From: Patescibacteria group bacterium
Lineage (GTDB): Bacteria > Patescibacteriota > JABMPQ01 > JAQVVF01
Direction of reading: 5' to 3'
Assembly (NCBI GenBank): GCA_028699085.1
Contig: JAQVVF010000002.1
Location: 68,557 to 132,556, forward strand
DNA: 64,000 nucleotides
This document shows positions 20,039 through 28,841 of this stretch, in pieces (position 1 is the first letter of the stretch; each line of letters opens with the position of its first letter). Made by a program: the position numbers and the translations under genes. Below the pieces are notes generated by a model. That model was not told the DNA's origin. It was given only the letters and a program-made list of their open reading frames with translations, and did not search any database.

Positions 20039-20105
20039 TCTTAAGTATTAAAAAAGTAATATTAATATATTATGATATTTTTTTGATTTTTGCTAGTTAA
20101 AAATA

Positions 20106-20294
20106 CTATTTTGTCTCACCACGAAAACCATATCCAGGTTTAACCTTTTTCTTAGCATGATGTTTTTTTTCAGCTTTTATTGTCTTGCCGATATTCTGTA
20201 CATCTTTAAATTCACCTGTCCTTTCTCTCTTAGTGTACAATTTTTTACCACGTCTTTCCATTTTTGTCCTAAAGACACCTTTTCTTTTTGGCAT
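20106..20294 (-). CDS. Small highly basic hypothetical protein
   Basis: 62 aa, Lys/Arg-rich (MPKRKGVFRTKMERRGKKLYTKRER...). No family recognised. Confidence 0.35.
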   Translation of the reverse strand: MPKRKGVFRTKMERRGKKLYTKRERTGEFKDVQNIGKTIKAEKKHHAKKKVKPGYGFRGETK

Positions 20295-20345
20295 AATTTT
20301 AAATTATTAATACTTATCCGCCAAAGTTCAATAGAACAAAGACGG

Positions 20346-20375
20346 AAAAAAATATACCTAGATAATCTAGGTATA
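20346..20375 (-). terminator. Intrinsic terminator after the DEAD-box helicase gene
   Basis: 9-bp palindromic stem tatacctag / ctaggtata with a T7 run on the minus strand. Confidence 0.65.
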
Positions 20376-20403
20376 TTCTAACATAATATTTAAAAAATAT
20401 TAA

Positions 20404-21771
20404 TTACCAGCCAAGCCCATAATTAAATTGTCCGCCATTTCTTTTTGGAAAACGTCTGCTTCCTTGTCCGTCAGTTTGCTGACGTCCACGTCTTTGTCCT
20501 TGAAAATTAGATCTGCCTCTTCCTTGGAAGGAAGTATTAGTTCTAGCTTGTATTGGACGAAAAGAATTGAAAGCAGGCTGGATTGATTGCTCTAATTCTG
20601 GAGTTTTCGAAATACTAATGCTATTTCTAATTAGTCTTTCTATTTGAACAACTTTATATTTTTGATCTGACATAGCAAATGAAATTGCTCGTCCACCTTT
20701 TCCAGCTCTGCCAGTTCTACCAATTCGATGAACATAATCTTCTGGATCATCAGGCAAATCATAATTGATAACTAACTCAATACTTGAAACATCAATACCT
20801 CTTGATGCAACATCAGTTGCAACCAAAATTCTTGATCTGCCTTGCTTAAATAAATTTAAAGCTGCTTGTCTTTGAGCAAAGCTCTTATTGGAATGTATTT
20901 CAGAAGCATTGAATCCAGAAGTAATCAAAAATCTACATAATTTGCTTGCACCAAATTTAGTTCTAGTAAAAATTAATACAGTTCCTTTGTATTGTTTTAA
21001 CAATTTTGATACTAGTAATCTTTTTTGATGAGGATTTACAACAAACAATTCCTGATCAACATTTTCAGCTGCAGTGCCAGCTTGAGCTACTTCAATCCTG
21101 ATTGGACTTTTCATATATTTTGCTGCAATTGCAACTATTCTTCCAGGCATTGTTGCTGAAAACAACATCGTTTGCCTATTTGTTGGTACAGTTTCCAATA
21201 TTTCTTTAATTTGAGGCGCAAAACCCATATCTAGCATTCTGTCAGCTTCATCCAAAACTAAAGTATTAACTTTGCTTAAATTCAAATTGCGTCTTTGTAA
21301 ATGATCAATTATACGGCCTGGAGTGCCGATAATAATGTGTGGATGGCTATAGATTCTTTGTCTTTGCATGCTCATTGATGCGCCACCGACCAATATCGCA
21401 GTTTTGAGACCAAGAGTCCTGCCAATTTTTAATAATGATTCATCAACCTGCATCGCCAATTCTCTTGTTGGCAAAAGAATTAAACCTTGACCATTTGTCT
21501 TGGCAATTCTTTGCATCATTGGCAAACCAAAAGCCATTGTCTTACCAGTACCAGTTTGAGCTATGCCGATAATATCTTTTTCAGAAATAGCAACTGGAAT
21601 AGCCTTTTCTTGAATTGGAGTTGGAATTGTAAATTGTTGTTTTTTCAACGAATTTAAAAGATCTGGGACTAATCCTAGATTTAAAAACGACGCTTTCTTT
21701 GAAAGCACTGCTTCATTTGACATAAATATGTGATCCGATTCCTGCGACGTCACATATTTAGGTAAATGCAT
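20404..21771 (-). CDS. DEAD-box ATP-dependent RNA helicase with an RGG/GRG-rich C-terminal tail
   Basis: Q-motif, AQTGTGKT (motif I), DEAD, SAT and HRIGRTGR motifs. The C-terminus reads ...FQGRGRSNFQGQRRGRQQTDGQGSRR. The start may instead be the internal MSNEAV at 21723. Confidence 0.9.
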   Translation of the reverse strand: MHLPKYVTSQESDHIFMSNEAVLSKKASFLNLGLVPDLLNSLKKQQFTIPTPIQEKAIPVAISEKDIIGIAQTGTGKTMAFGLPMMQRIAKTNGQGLILLPTRELAMQVDESLLKIGRTLGLKTAILVGGASMSMQRQRIYSHPHIIIGTPGRIIDHLQRRNLNLSKVNTLVLDEADRMLDMGFAPQIKEILETVPTNRQTMLFSATMPGRIVAIAAKYMKSPIRIEVAQAGTAAENVDQELFVVNPHQKRLLVSKLLKQYKGTVLIFTRTKFGASKLCRFLITSGFNASEIHSNKSFAQRQAALNLFKQGRSRILVATDVASRGIDVSSIELVINYDLPDDPEDYVHRIGRTGRAGKGGRAISFAMSDQKYKVVQIERLIRNSISISKTPELEQSIQPAFNSFRPIQARTNTSFQGRGRSNFQGQRRGRQQTDGQGSRRFPKRNGGQFNYGLGW

Positions 21772-21888
21772 GAGCGAGGCTCGAATCTATGGGTGAAAAC
21801 ACCCTAATTTCTAATTACTCTAAGTATAGCAAAAAATTAATCTTTTGTCAATAAATAAAAAATCTAGTTGAATAAATTAACGTTAAGA

Positions 21889-22407
21889 TTAAATTTTTCG
21901 ACTATCATATGCCCAATGCAACACTGCCTGTCTTTGTCTTTTCCGGCAATCCCAATCACCCTTAAAACAATTTTTCTTAATCTGAGCAATATGGCGCTTT
22001 ATTGCCTTCCAACGCTTTATCTGACGCTGATCATCGTTGTGTCTTCTTCCCAAATAGTATCTACAATACCATTGAAACCAACCTCTAGGATCATCAACAT
22101 GAATCCATCCTTTAGCTCTCCAAACTGACAAAGGCTGACTAGCATTAATGCCAAAATAATTCAATTTTGGATCATGAAATTCATGACAAAGCTTTGCTTT
22201 TTTATACCAATCTACTGGAAATTCTTTTTTACAATCAGTCATATACTTTCCGCCAAAAACACCCATTTCTAACATTTCTTTCGGCGTAAGTTCGGGCCGA
22301 AATTCAGGATCAAAATTTTTACCCATTGGTTCTGTCAAATAATATCGATAATTCTTCTGCATTAAATCATTAACTACCACCAATTTTTTATACTTTTTAT
22401 TTTTCAT
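21889..22407 (-). CDS. Conserved hypothetical protein (Trp/Cys/Arg-rich)
   Basis: 172 aa with motifs GVFGGKYMTDC and GWIHVDDPRGWFQWYCRYYLGRR. No family assigned. Confidence 0.5.
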   Translation of the reverse strand: MKNKKYKKLVVVNDLMQKNYRYYLTEPMGKNFDPEFRPELTPKEMLEMGVFGGKYMTDCKKEFPVDWYKKAKLCHEFHDPKLNYFGINASQPLSVWRAKGWIHVDDPRGWFQWYCRYYLGRRHNDDQRQIKRWKAIKRHIAQIKKNCFKGDWDCRKRQRQAVLHWAYDSRKI

Positions 22408-22565
22408 ATTAATATATTTTATTTTTCTTCAAAGACACTTCTTAATTCATCTTTTCTCTCCTTAAAATTTTCTTTCGGTTCCTTACTTTTTTTTATGCTC
22501 TTTATATCTAAAGTATATCAAAAATCTAATCAACAAAAAATCCCCACACAGGAGGATTTTTAATT

Positions 22566-23579
22566 TTATTTTATTTTTAAAATCTTACTCGGCGAATTAA
22601 ACATCGCATTCATCAAAGATTCAGCCACATGAAAAGGCTTGCCTCGATATGGCACTTCATGAATATCAAAACCAGGCATGTAATTTATTTCAATTATTCC
22701 AAATTTTTCAAACTTTTTAATATCAGAAGCAATCAAATCAATCGCGCAAAATCTTAATTGAAAAATTTCCGCAATTTCTACTGCCAACTTTTTATATTTT
22801 GGATTTACTTCACTATCACATTCAAATGATCTTCCTCCAGTACTAACATTAGCATTCTGTCGCAAAAAAACTTTGTCATCTTTCACAACAACATTATCCT
22901 CAGTTAATTTCTTTTCTCTCAAATTTCTTCTGAATTCAAAATCATTTACAATTGGACATAATGGCTGATCTTTGCCTACTCCTGGCTGATCATTATATTC
23001 GTCAATTAATTGTCTGATTGTTTGCTTACCATCTCCATCAACATAGGCAGGCTCACGTCGCAATGATGTTAACACTTTTCCGTCCATCACCAACAATCGA
23101 TAATCACAACCAAAAAGATATTCTTCAATCAGAAAAGAATTCGGTCTGCCTTTTTTACGACGATTATATTTGTAAACCTCTTTAATTGCTCCAATCAAAC
23201 ATTCCTTATCTTTTATTCCAACAGTTACTGCATGTCCTTGACTGCCATCTATTGGTTTGACCACAACAGGAAATTTAATAATTTTCTGATCAACCATCTG
23301 CAAAGTCTTGCGCATATTTTTCAAAATCCAACCCTTTGGATTCGGAATTTTATGTTTATTCAAGATCAATTTTGCCAAAGCTTTATTACCAGAAACAGTG
23401 CAAGAAACATGGCTATTCAAATCAGGCACATGCCATTTTACATAGACATTTTTACCTTTTTTACTGAATATTCTTAAACCTCTAGCTTTATCAACTAGCT
23501 CAACATCAACACCATTTTTCTCGGCTGCCGATAATAACGCTCCCGTGCAATTAAATTTCGAATACGGTATTTTTTCCAT
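22566..23579 (-). CDS. ATP-grasp family ligase (cyanophycin-synthetase N-domain / RimK-like)
   Basis: VVVKPIDGSQGHAVTVGI nucleotide-binding segment and ...DGDGKQTIRQLIDEYN... C-terminal ATP-grasp half. Confidence 0.65.
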   Translation of the reverse strand: MEKIPYSKFNCTGALLSAAEKNGVDVELVDKARGLRIFSKKGKNVYVKWHVPDLNSHVSCTVSGNKALAKLILNKHKIPNPKGWILKNMRKTLQMVDQKIIKFPVVVKPIDGSQGHAVTVGIKDKECLIGAIKEVYKYNRRKKGRPNSFLIEEYLFGCDYRLLVMDGKVLTSLRREPAYVDGDGKQTIRQLIDEYNDQPGVGKDQPLCPIVNDFEFRRNLREKKLTEDNVVVKDDKVFLRQNANVSTGGRSFECDSEVNPKYKKLAVEIAEIFQLRFCAIDLIASDIKKFEKFGIIEINYMPGFDIHEVPYRGKPFHVAESLMNAMFNSPSKILKIK

Positions 23580-23717
23580 GATTTAAAACTTTCTTTATAT
23601 TTTTATATAAAAAGACACTCTGTCCAGACTGTCTTTTTAGAAAAACTTGATTATTTGATTATTATGATATAATAACAAAAATTAAATAATATGTCAAGTT
23701 TGCAACTTTTTATCACT

Positions 23718-23788
23718 TCGGGGACCCGGGAATCGAACCCGGTCTACATCCACCCCATGGACGCGTACTACCGGTATACTAGTCCCCG
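23718..23788 (-). tRNA. tRNA-Pro (anticodon GGG)
   Basis: Folded by hand: acceptor CGGGGAC/GTCCCCG, D-arm GTAT-ACCGGTA-GTAC, anticodon stem CGTCC/GGATG with loop AUGGGGU (U33, GGG, G37), T-arm CCGGG-TTCGATT-CCCGG, discriminator A. No CCA is encoded. Confidence 0.85.
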
Positions 23789-23901
23789 ACTTAAACATTA
23801 TTATATGCTTTAACAACCGCAAAATCAACAAAAAAAAAGAAGCTATATATAACTTCTTACATAAAAAAACAAAAAATATCATAGATCAAAATTAGAATTT
23901 T

Positions 23902-24579
23902 CTATTCGATTACTTCACATCTTATTGTCGGCTTGTTGCTCCATACGTACACCGCAGTAAGTGTAATATCAGCAACTGTCTCACTACCAACTGTTTGATA
24001 AAAACTAGTTTGGTACACATTGAAACGCAAAGAATCACTTCCTATAGACCTTTTGCTTCCATCATCTTCAATAATAAAACATTCGGAATCAACAAATTTA
24101 CTTTCTTTCCCATTGAGCGGAGCTTCTACTTTGACCTCATAACCACCAATCAATAAATTAGAAAAAGAATATGTCCCATCAAAATCTGGCGTATCAATTC
24201 CTTCATATTGGCAAAGAGGATTAGATCTACAAGCATCTATTAAATCGCTGTTATTGCCCTTATAGCTATACCGTATTCTCAGTTCCGTTTCAAAATCATT
24301 ATATTGCCCATTACATTCATGTTTATAAGTGTCTTCAACAAATACGCATTGTATTTTTCTACCTTCTTTCATGGCAGAATAAGGAATAACGCCTCCTCCC
24401 GGAAACCTGATATATATACTACCAGACACGCTTCCAAACTGATCTTCTGACAAAGTAATGGTTTGATTTTGACTCTGATCTTGTTCACAAGACAACAAAA
24501 CGCTTATCAAAACAAATATCACGACACTGAAAAATCGAGTCTTGTTCTCTAACATTCTCCCTCCTCTTTTGGGTTTCAA
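23902..24579 (-). CDS. Putative lipoprotein
   Basis: Signal peptide with lipobox ...VLLSC|EQD, and a Cys-containing mature domain. A consensus-like promoter (TTGACA-16-TAATGT) lies upstream. Confidence 0.55.
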   Translation of the reverse strand: MKPKRGGRMLENKTRFFSVVIFVLISVLLSCEQDQSQNQTITLSEDQFGSVSGSIYIRFPGGGVIPYSAMKEGRKIQCVFVEDTYKHECNGQYNDFETELRIRYSYKGNNSDLIDACRSNPLCQYEGIDTPDFDGTYSFSNLLIGGYEVKVEAPLNGKESKFVDSECFIIEDDGSKRSIGSDSLRFNVYQTSFYQTVGSETVADITLTAVYVWSNKPTIRCEVIE

Positions 24580-24661
24580 CTATCACGAAATAATTTTCTA
24601 AAGATCTTTCTTTACATAAATTAATTTTCTTTAAACATTAATTTACATTACAACACTTTTC

Positions 24662-24678
24662 TATTTTGTCAATAAAAA
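24662..24678. repeat. Left copy of a 17-bp perfect direct repeat (tattttgtcaataaaaa) flanking the GC-rich islet
   Basis: Identical 17-mer at 24662-24678 and 25850-25866. On the minus strand it reads TTTTTATTGACAAAATA, an A-tract followed by a perfect -35 TTGACA. Confidence 0.7.
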
Positions 24679-24891
24679 AAGCCACATTGCTGTAGCTCTA
24701 CAAAAAGAACAAATTAACCACGAAGTTTCAAAAAATTCAATCTCTTATCTTTCGTTTTTCTCTGAATCGGAACTGTCAAAAATTTTTTCTTACAATGCTC
24801 AAAAGGAATACCTTCGCCTCGTCTTGTTTGATTTAACATAAAAACAGAATCTACCGACAAATGGTTGCTGAACAAAGTAATGAGCAATGCT

Positions 24892-25308
24892 TCAAAAAGT
24901 CTGCTTCCCATCTTGATCTCCTGTATCATCGAATATCCCTGAGAATCTGACCAAATCAGTCCTTAAATCACCAGGTCTCTTTCTTTCATCCTGCAATAAA
25001 AAATGGAAACCTTTGCCTTCAGATTCAACAGGATTACTATCATGTGGCAAAATCACCAAGTTCCAATTCTGAATACAGGTAGTATCTTGAAAAGGATTGA
25101 AATTCCTCAAGATCTCACAATCACATTTGATTTTCAAAGCCATGAAAAAAATGGTTACCCTTCCGAAATGAATTCTGCCAATTCCATTTTTTTGCATTTC
25201 ATTATATTCAGCGATCACTTCTCTGGTCTTTTCCAAACTATGAATTCCACCTTCACAACAACCAGCACGTCGCGCATTCAATTCTTGGTAAAAAGTTCCT
25301 ATCTGCAT
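24892..25308 (-). CDS. Cys-motif protein B (CC-x45-CDC); paralog of the adjacent gene
   Basis: MQIGTFYQELNARRAGCCEGGIHS...IFFMALKIKCDCEILRNFN. It aligns with gene A (CC..HS ... I.F....CDC...LN). Local GC is noticeably higher than the rest of the window. Confidence 0.5.
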   Translation of the reverse strand: MQIGTFYQELNARRAGCCEGGIHSLEKTREVIAEYNEMQKNGIGRIHFGRVTIFFMALKIKCDCEILRNFNPFQDTTCIQNWNLVILPHDSNPVESEGKGFHFLLQDERKRPGDLRTDLVRFSGIFDDTGDQDGKQTF

Positions 25309-25309
25309 T

Positions 25310-25699
25310 TCACACCCCCTCCGATCCGACACAGCACTGCGGCATCATCGGATCGCATACGCCACGCACGTAATCTAAATTGATTACACCCAAATCACCA
25401 ATCGAAATTCCCTTTCGCACTCCCTTAATAGACAAATCCCACTGCTCAGACAGCCACCCATTGCCCATATTCAAACATTCCACCTGGCAATCGCATCTCG
25501 CTCCAATTTCCATCAAAAATTCAATCGCCCAATCAGCACGAATTGAAAACTCCAAAGACAGCTCCTGCACTCTGCTAAAAGAATGAACATCATTGCTGCA
25601 ACATTTACGGCCTTCGCGCATCAACTTTACAAAACCAATCAAATCCAAACTGCCTTTTTCAATAGAAAAACCAGAATCGTAAATAGAGCTCATTGGACT
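25310..25699 (-). CDS. Cys-motif protein A (CC-x35-CDC, plus a C-terminal CC)
   Basis: Strong SD GGAGGAAAAGGAA precedes ATG(MSPMSS...). Motifs ...GRKCCSNDVHS...AIEFLMEIGARCDCQVECLN...QCCVGSEGV. Paralog of gene B. Confidence 0.5.
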   Translation of the reverse strand, partial: SPMSSIYDSGFSIEKGSLDLIGFVKLMREGRKCCSNDVHSFSRVQELSLEFSIRADWAIEFLMEIGARCDCQVECLNMGNGWLSEQWDLSIKGVRKGISIGDLGVINLDYVRGVCDPMMPQCCVGSEGV

Positions 25700-25798
25700 C
25701 ATTTCCTTTTCCTCCATCACCAGCATAACTTTTGCTGGTTGCCTGCCAAAATTGGCAGGTCTTTTTTACCTTTTGGGCGTCAAATTTAAGAACAAAAA

Positions 25799-25817
25799 AT
25801 TGACATCAAAATGTCAA
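25799..25817. promoter_or_regulatory. Perfect palindrome TTGACAT-caaa-ATGTCAA (candidate operator) just downstream of the islet promoter
   Basis: 7-bp inverted arms separated by 4 bp. It lies between the right 17-bp repeat (-35 TTGACA, -10 TATATT on the minus strand) and gene A. Confidence 0.4.
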
Positions 25818-25849
25818 AAGAACATATCTACTAATATATACTATTTTAA

Positions 25850-25866
25850 TATTTTGTCAATAAAAA
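25850..25866. repeat. Right copy of the 17-bp direct repeat, likely the -35 of the islet promoter on the minus strand
   Basis: See the left copy. Downstream on the minus strand: TTGACA-16-TATATT. Confidence 0.7.
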
Positions 25867-25906
25867 CAAATCACAAATCATGAACTGTATGTAATCTTAT
25901 AATATC

Positions 25907-26977
25907 TTAATTTATAGCTATATTCTCAATAATTCTTACAATATTTACCAAATCAGCTATTTTAATTTTCTCTTTTACACTATGACATTTTTCCCGACCA
26001 TAACCAATACTCAAAGACTCAATTCCTTTTTCACAAAAAACATTTGCATCTGTCGCTCCCATTCTCTTTTCATATGCTACTTTCAATCCCGACTTTCTAA
26101 TACCCTTTGAAATCATTTCGACTAAAGCGCTGTCTTTTTTATAATTATATCCAACAACTTCCTGCATTTTTTTCAATTCATATTTAGCATTGAATTTTTT
26201 ACAGCTATTTTTTAATTTTTTTTCTAATATTCCAATTTGTTTTTTAAAAATATTTTTATCAATCGCCCGAATCTCACCAACAAAATTTATTTCATCACAG
26301 ATTACATTTCCGCCTCTGCCACCAGAAACAACACCAATATTTGAAACACAATATTTGCTAATCCTGCCCGGCTTCCACATATTAATAAATTCTGCAAGAC
26401 AATTAATCGAATTCACGCCTTCTTCTGGCGCGCGCGAGTGCGCCATTTTTCCAATTACCTTACCCGAAAAACTCTGAATATATGGAGCGCCACAAGTTAT
26501 AAAGCCACAACGCGATGAACTATCAATAATTACTGCTCTCTTTGATTTCAAATTTTCGAAAACTAAATTCCTTGCTCCAACGCATCCAATTTCCTCCTGC
26601 ACTGTAAAAATCAATTCCAATGGCCGTACATTTTTTTGTTTTCGTAAATTTTTAACTGCCAACAAAATACCTGCAACACCGGCTTTATCATCAGCTCCCA
26701 AAATTGTCCTCCCATCGCTTCTGATAACACTATTTTTAATTATTGGCTTAATATTTTTTCCCGGCGAAACTGTATCCATATGAGCCGACAAAATTATTGG
26801 CTCGCCTCTGCCTTTTGTTTTTGCAATCACATTGCCGATTTTATCTTGCTTTGCTTTAATTTTAATTTTTTTTAAATAATCAATAATAAAATCAGCAACC
26901 TTTTTTTCATTGCCAGTTTCACTATTAATTTTTACTAGTTTCAAAAAAACTCTTACAACTTCAAGATCTCTCTTCAT
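25907..26977 (-). CDS. M20/M42-family metallopeptidase (peptidase T / FrvX-like)
   Basis: SAHMDTV, GADDKAG and the E-E pair (TVQEEIG), typical of the M20/M42 dinuclear zinc peptidases. Confidence 0.7.
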   Translation of the reverse strand: MKRDLEVVRVFLKLVKINSETGNEKKVADFIIDYLKKIKIKAKQDKIGNVIAKTKGRGEPIILSAHMDTVSPGKNIKPIIKNSVIRSDGRTILGADDKAGVAGILLAVKNLRKQKNVRPLELIFTVQEEIGCVGARNLVFENLKSKRAVIIDSSSRCGFITCGAPYIQSFSGKVIGKMAHSRAPEEGVNSINCLAEFINMWKPGRISKYCVSNIGVVSGGRGGNVICDEINFVGEIRAIDKNIFKKQIGILEKKLKNSCKKFNAKYELKKMQEVVGYNYKKDSALVEMISKGIRKSGLKVAYEKRMGATDANVFCEKGIESLSIGYGREKCHSVKEKIKIADLVNIVRIIENIAIN

Positions 26978-27045
26978 AAAAAATAATTAAATAATTATAT
27001 CTTAAATTTAATAATTCTCAAAAAAAGGATTAACTAATTTCTTAA

Positions 27046-28767
27046 TTAATCCATAAAAGAACAACTTGTCATTGCCGAATTAGATCGGCCATGAACAATA
27101 TAACCATCAGAGATTGGAATGCAAGTCACTGTATTTCCGCCAAAACTAGAGCTATTTGCATCATTATCAAGCCAATACCAAACACAAATTCTCGTCCGCA
27201 CATTTTCTTTGTCCGCCTTTTTATTAGCTGGATCAAAAATCATCATTTCATCAATTACCATCTCGCAATATTCTTGAGCAATAACAGTTCGTTGTTTTGC
27301 CATTTCCGCAAATGTTTTCACTAGCTTTCTCCATGTACTCCGCATCATCCCCTTACTAATTGCCACAGCATGTCCGCCAGCAGCTTTGTTATCACCACCC
27401 GACAACTTCAGCACTACTTCCGCATCCAATCTTTTTCTAGCCTGTCTAATTTTTACAAACCAATTTTCTCGACCAGACATCACAAAAATTTCTCGCCCAA
27501 CATTTTTAAACATTGTTACCATCTTTGTGGATTCAGGATCAGCCATTTTCCATCCTCTCGTTGACTTTGCCAAAGCCATCAAAGACTTCAAATCTCCCAA
27601 TCCTAAAAATATCTTTTTTCCTAGTTCCAAATCTTTTTTATCTCCCAACTCACGAAAACCAATCAGTTGCAAATTATTATCAAAAGCAAACCAATATTCC
27701 CGAATCTGCATATCTGAAAGTTCCTGCATTGATTCATTAGAATATTCAACGCCCTTCCAAATAAAATTGTTTCCTTTCCAAACAACTGTATAGGCAAAAA
27801 AATTTTTCAATTCAACAAAACCATCGCTTCCCAAAAATTTGATCCATTCTTCATTCAAACGCTCATCAAATAACCATGCCATCAATTCTTTATAATCCAA
27901 AAAAGTCAGCAGATTTGGATGCAGTAAAACTTTGCCATCAAAATAGGCATCAATAATCTTCTTTTCAATATCTGCTGCAAATACTGCCATCCTGTTTTTC
28001 TGTAAATCATTTTTGTCAATTTCAGAATATTCTTTGAAGACTCTTTCCACCAAATCAAGTTTTTTGCCTTTCAAATAAACTCCATCATCTTTGACTTCTG
28101 CCAGAAAAGATATCCCAAACAAAAAAGTCAAACCAAATTCTTTTCCGTATTCTTCAAACAGCTTTGTCAAAGCCTGCTGTTCCGGACCATAACCATCGCG
28201 CCAAGGAGTCAAAAGAATTCCCACATTTCCGCCATTTGGCAACAAATCATGGATAGCTTCGACATACTTTTTGGCAATTGGCTCAAAAAATTTTTTGTCA
28301 GGGAAAAAATTACGCGAAATAATATCAATTACTGCTCCATAACCAGAACCAGTTGCACCCAAAGTAAATTCATTAATCTTCAATCCTTCAGCAGTTCTGA
28401 TTGCATCAATCCGAATTCTTTTTGCCAAAATTACGTTTTTTCTTTCCAATTCTTTTTTCCAAATCTCAATCTGCAATTTTGACCGACCGCAACACAAATC
28501 CTGCCACAGCCAAGAATATTCGCCATTGCTTGATCTCCTCGCCAAATCAACACAACCTCTCAAAAATCTTGGAATCAGATCTTCAAGCCTTTTCAAAGTT
28601 GCAATCTCTCCACAAGTCAAAGCATAAGTTTCCAGCCCAATTCTTGCCGTATAATTTTTTGGCATAGTCCCAATTTTTCCCCAATAAAGACCTTGTTCCA
28701 AATATTCCTTTTCCATTTGCCTACCCAAATCATCATAATCAAACAGCTGTCTGCTCGTTCCCTGCAT
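27046..28767 (-). CDS. Large conserved hypothetical protein, possibly a ligase-like enzyme (family not assigned)
   Basis: 573 aa, soluble, with no recognisable canonical motif. It sits next to the M20 peptidase and near the ATP-grasp ligase. Confidence 0.3.
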   Translation of the reverse strand: MQGTSRQLFDYDDLGRQMEKEYLEQGLYWGKIGTMPKNYTARIGLETYALTCGEIATLKRLEDLIPRFLRGCVDLARRSSNGEYSWLWQDLCCGRSKLQIEIWKKELERKNVILAKRIRIDAIRTAEGLKINEFTLGATGSGYGAVIDIISRNFFPDKKFFEPIAKKYVEAIHDLLPNGGNVGILLTPWRDGYGPEQQALTKLFEEYGKEFGLTFLFGISFLAEVKDDGVYLKGKKLDLVERVFKEYSEIDKNDLQKNRMAVFAADIEKKIIDAYFDGKVLLHPNLLTFLDYKELMAWLFDERLNEEWIKFLGSDGFVELKNFFAYTVVWKGNNFIWKGVEYSNESMQELSDMQIREYWFAFDNNLQLIGFRELGDKKDLELGKKIFLGLGDLKSLMALAKSTRGWKMADPESTKMVTMFKNVGREIFVMSGRENWFVKIRQARKRLDAEVVLKLSGGDNKAAGGHAVAISKGMMRSTWRKLVKTFAEMAKQRTVIAQEYCEMVIDEMMIFDPANKKADKENVRTRICVWYWLDNDANSSSFGGNTVTCIPISDGYIVHGRSNSAMTSCSFMD

Positions 28768-28817
28768 TTTTTTCTCTCCTGCCTACATTTTTGTAGGCCC
28801 TGGTTGTAAAGAACAAT

Positions 28818-28841
28818 CAAAAACCGGCTTTTAGAGCCGGT
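28818..28841 (-). terminator. Intrinsic terminator on the minus strand
   Basis: Stem accggct / agccggt; T5 follows on the minus strand. Confidence 0.55.

Noticed and set aside
23694-23882. 62-aa minus-strand ORF in the supplied track
   Set aside because: It overlaps tRNA-Pro(GGG) at 23718..23788 and is therefore spurious.
25003-25789. Plus-strand ORFs of 126, 68 and 68 aa inside the islet, plus a plus-oriented hairpin and T-run at 25744-25770
   Set aside because: The translations are Ser/Thr/Phe-rich and look like antisense artefacts. The minus-strand ORFs have a strong Shine-Dalgarno sequence and paralogous conservation. The hairpin more plausibly sits in the 5' UTR of minus-strand gene A.
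24679-25849. Hypothesis that the GC-rich islet integrated at the 3' end of tRNA-Pro
   Set aside because: The tRNA is on the minus strand with its 3' end pointing away, at 23718. The islet lies on the 5' side and is separated from the tRNA by the lipoprotein gene. The 17-bp repeats are unrelated to the tRNA sequence and read as promoters.
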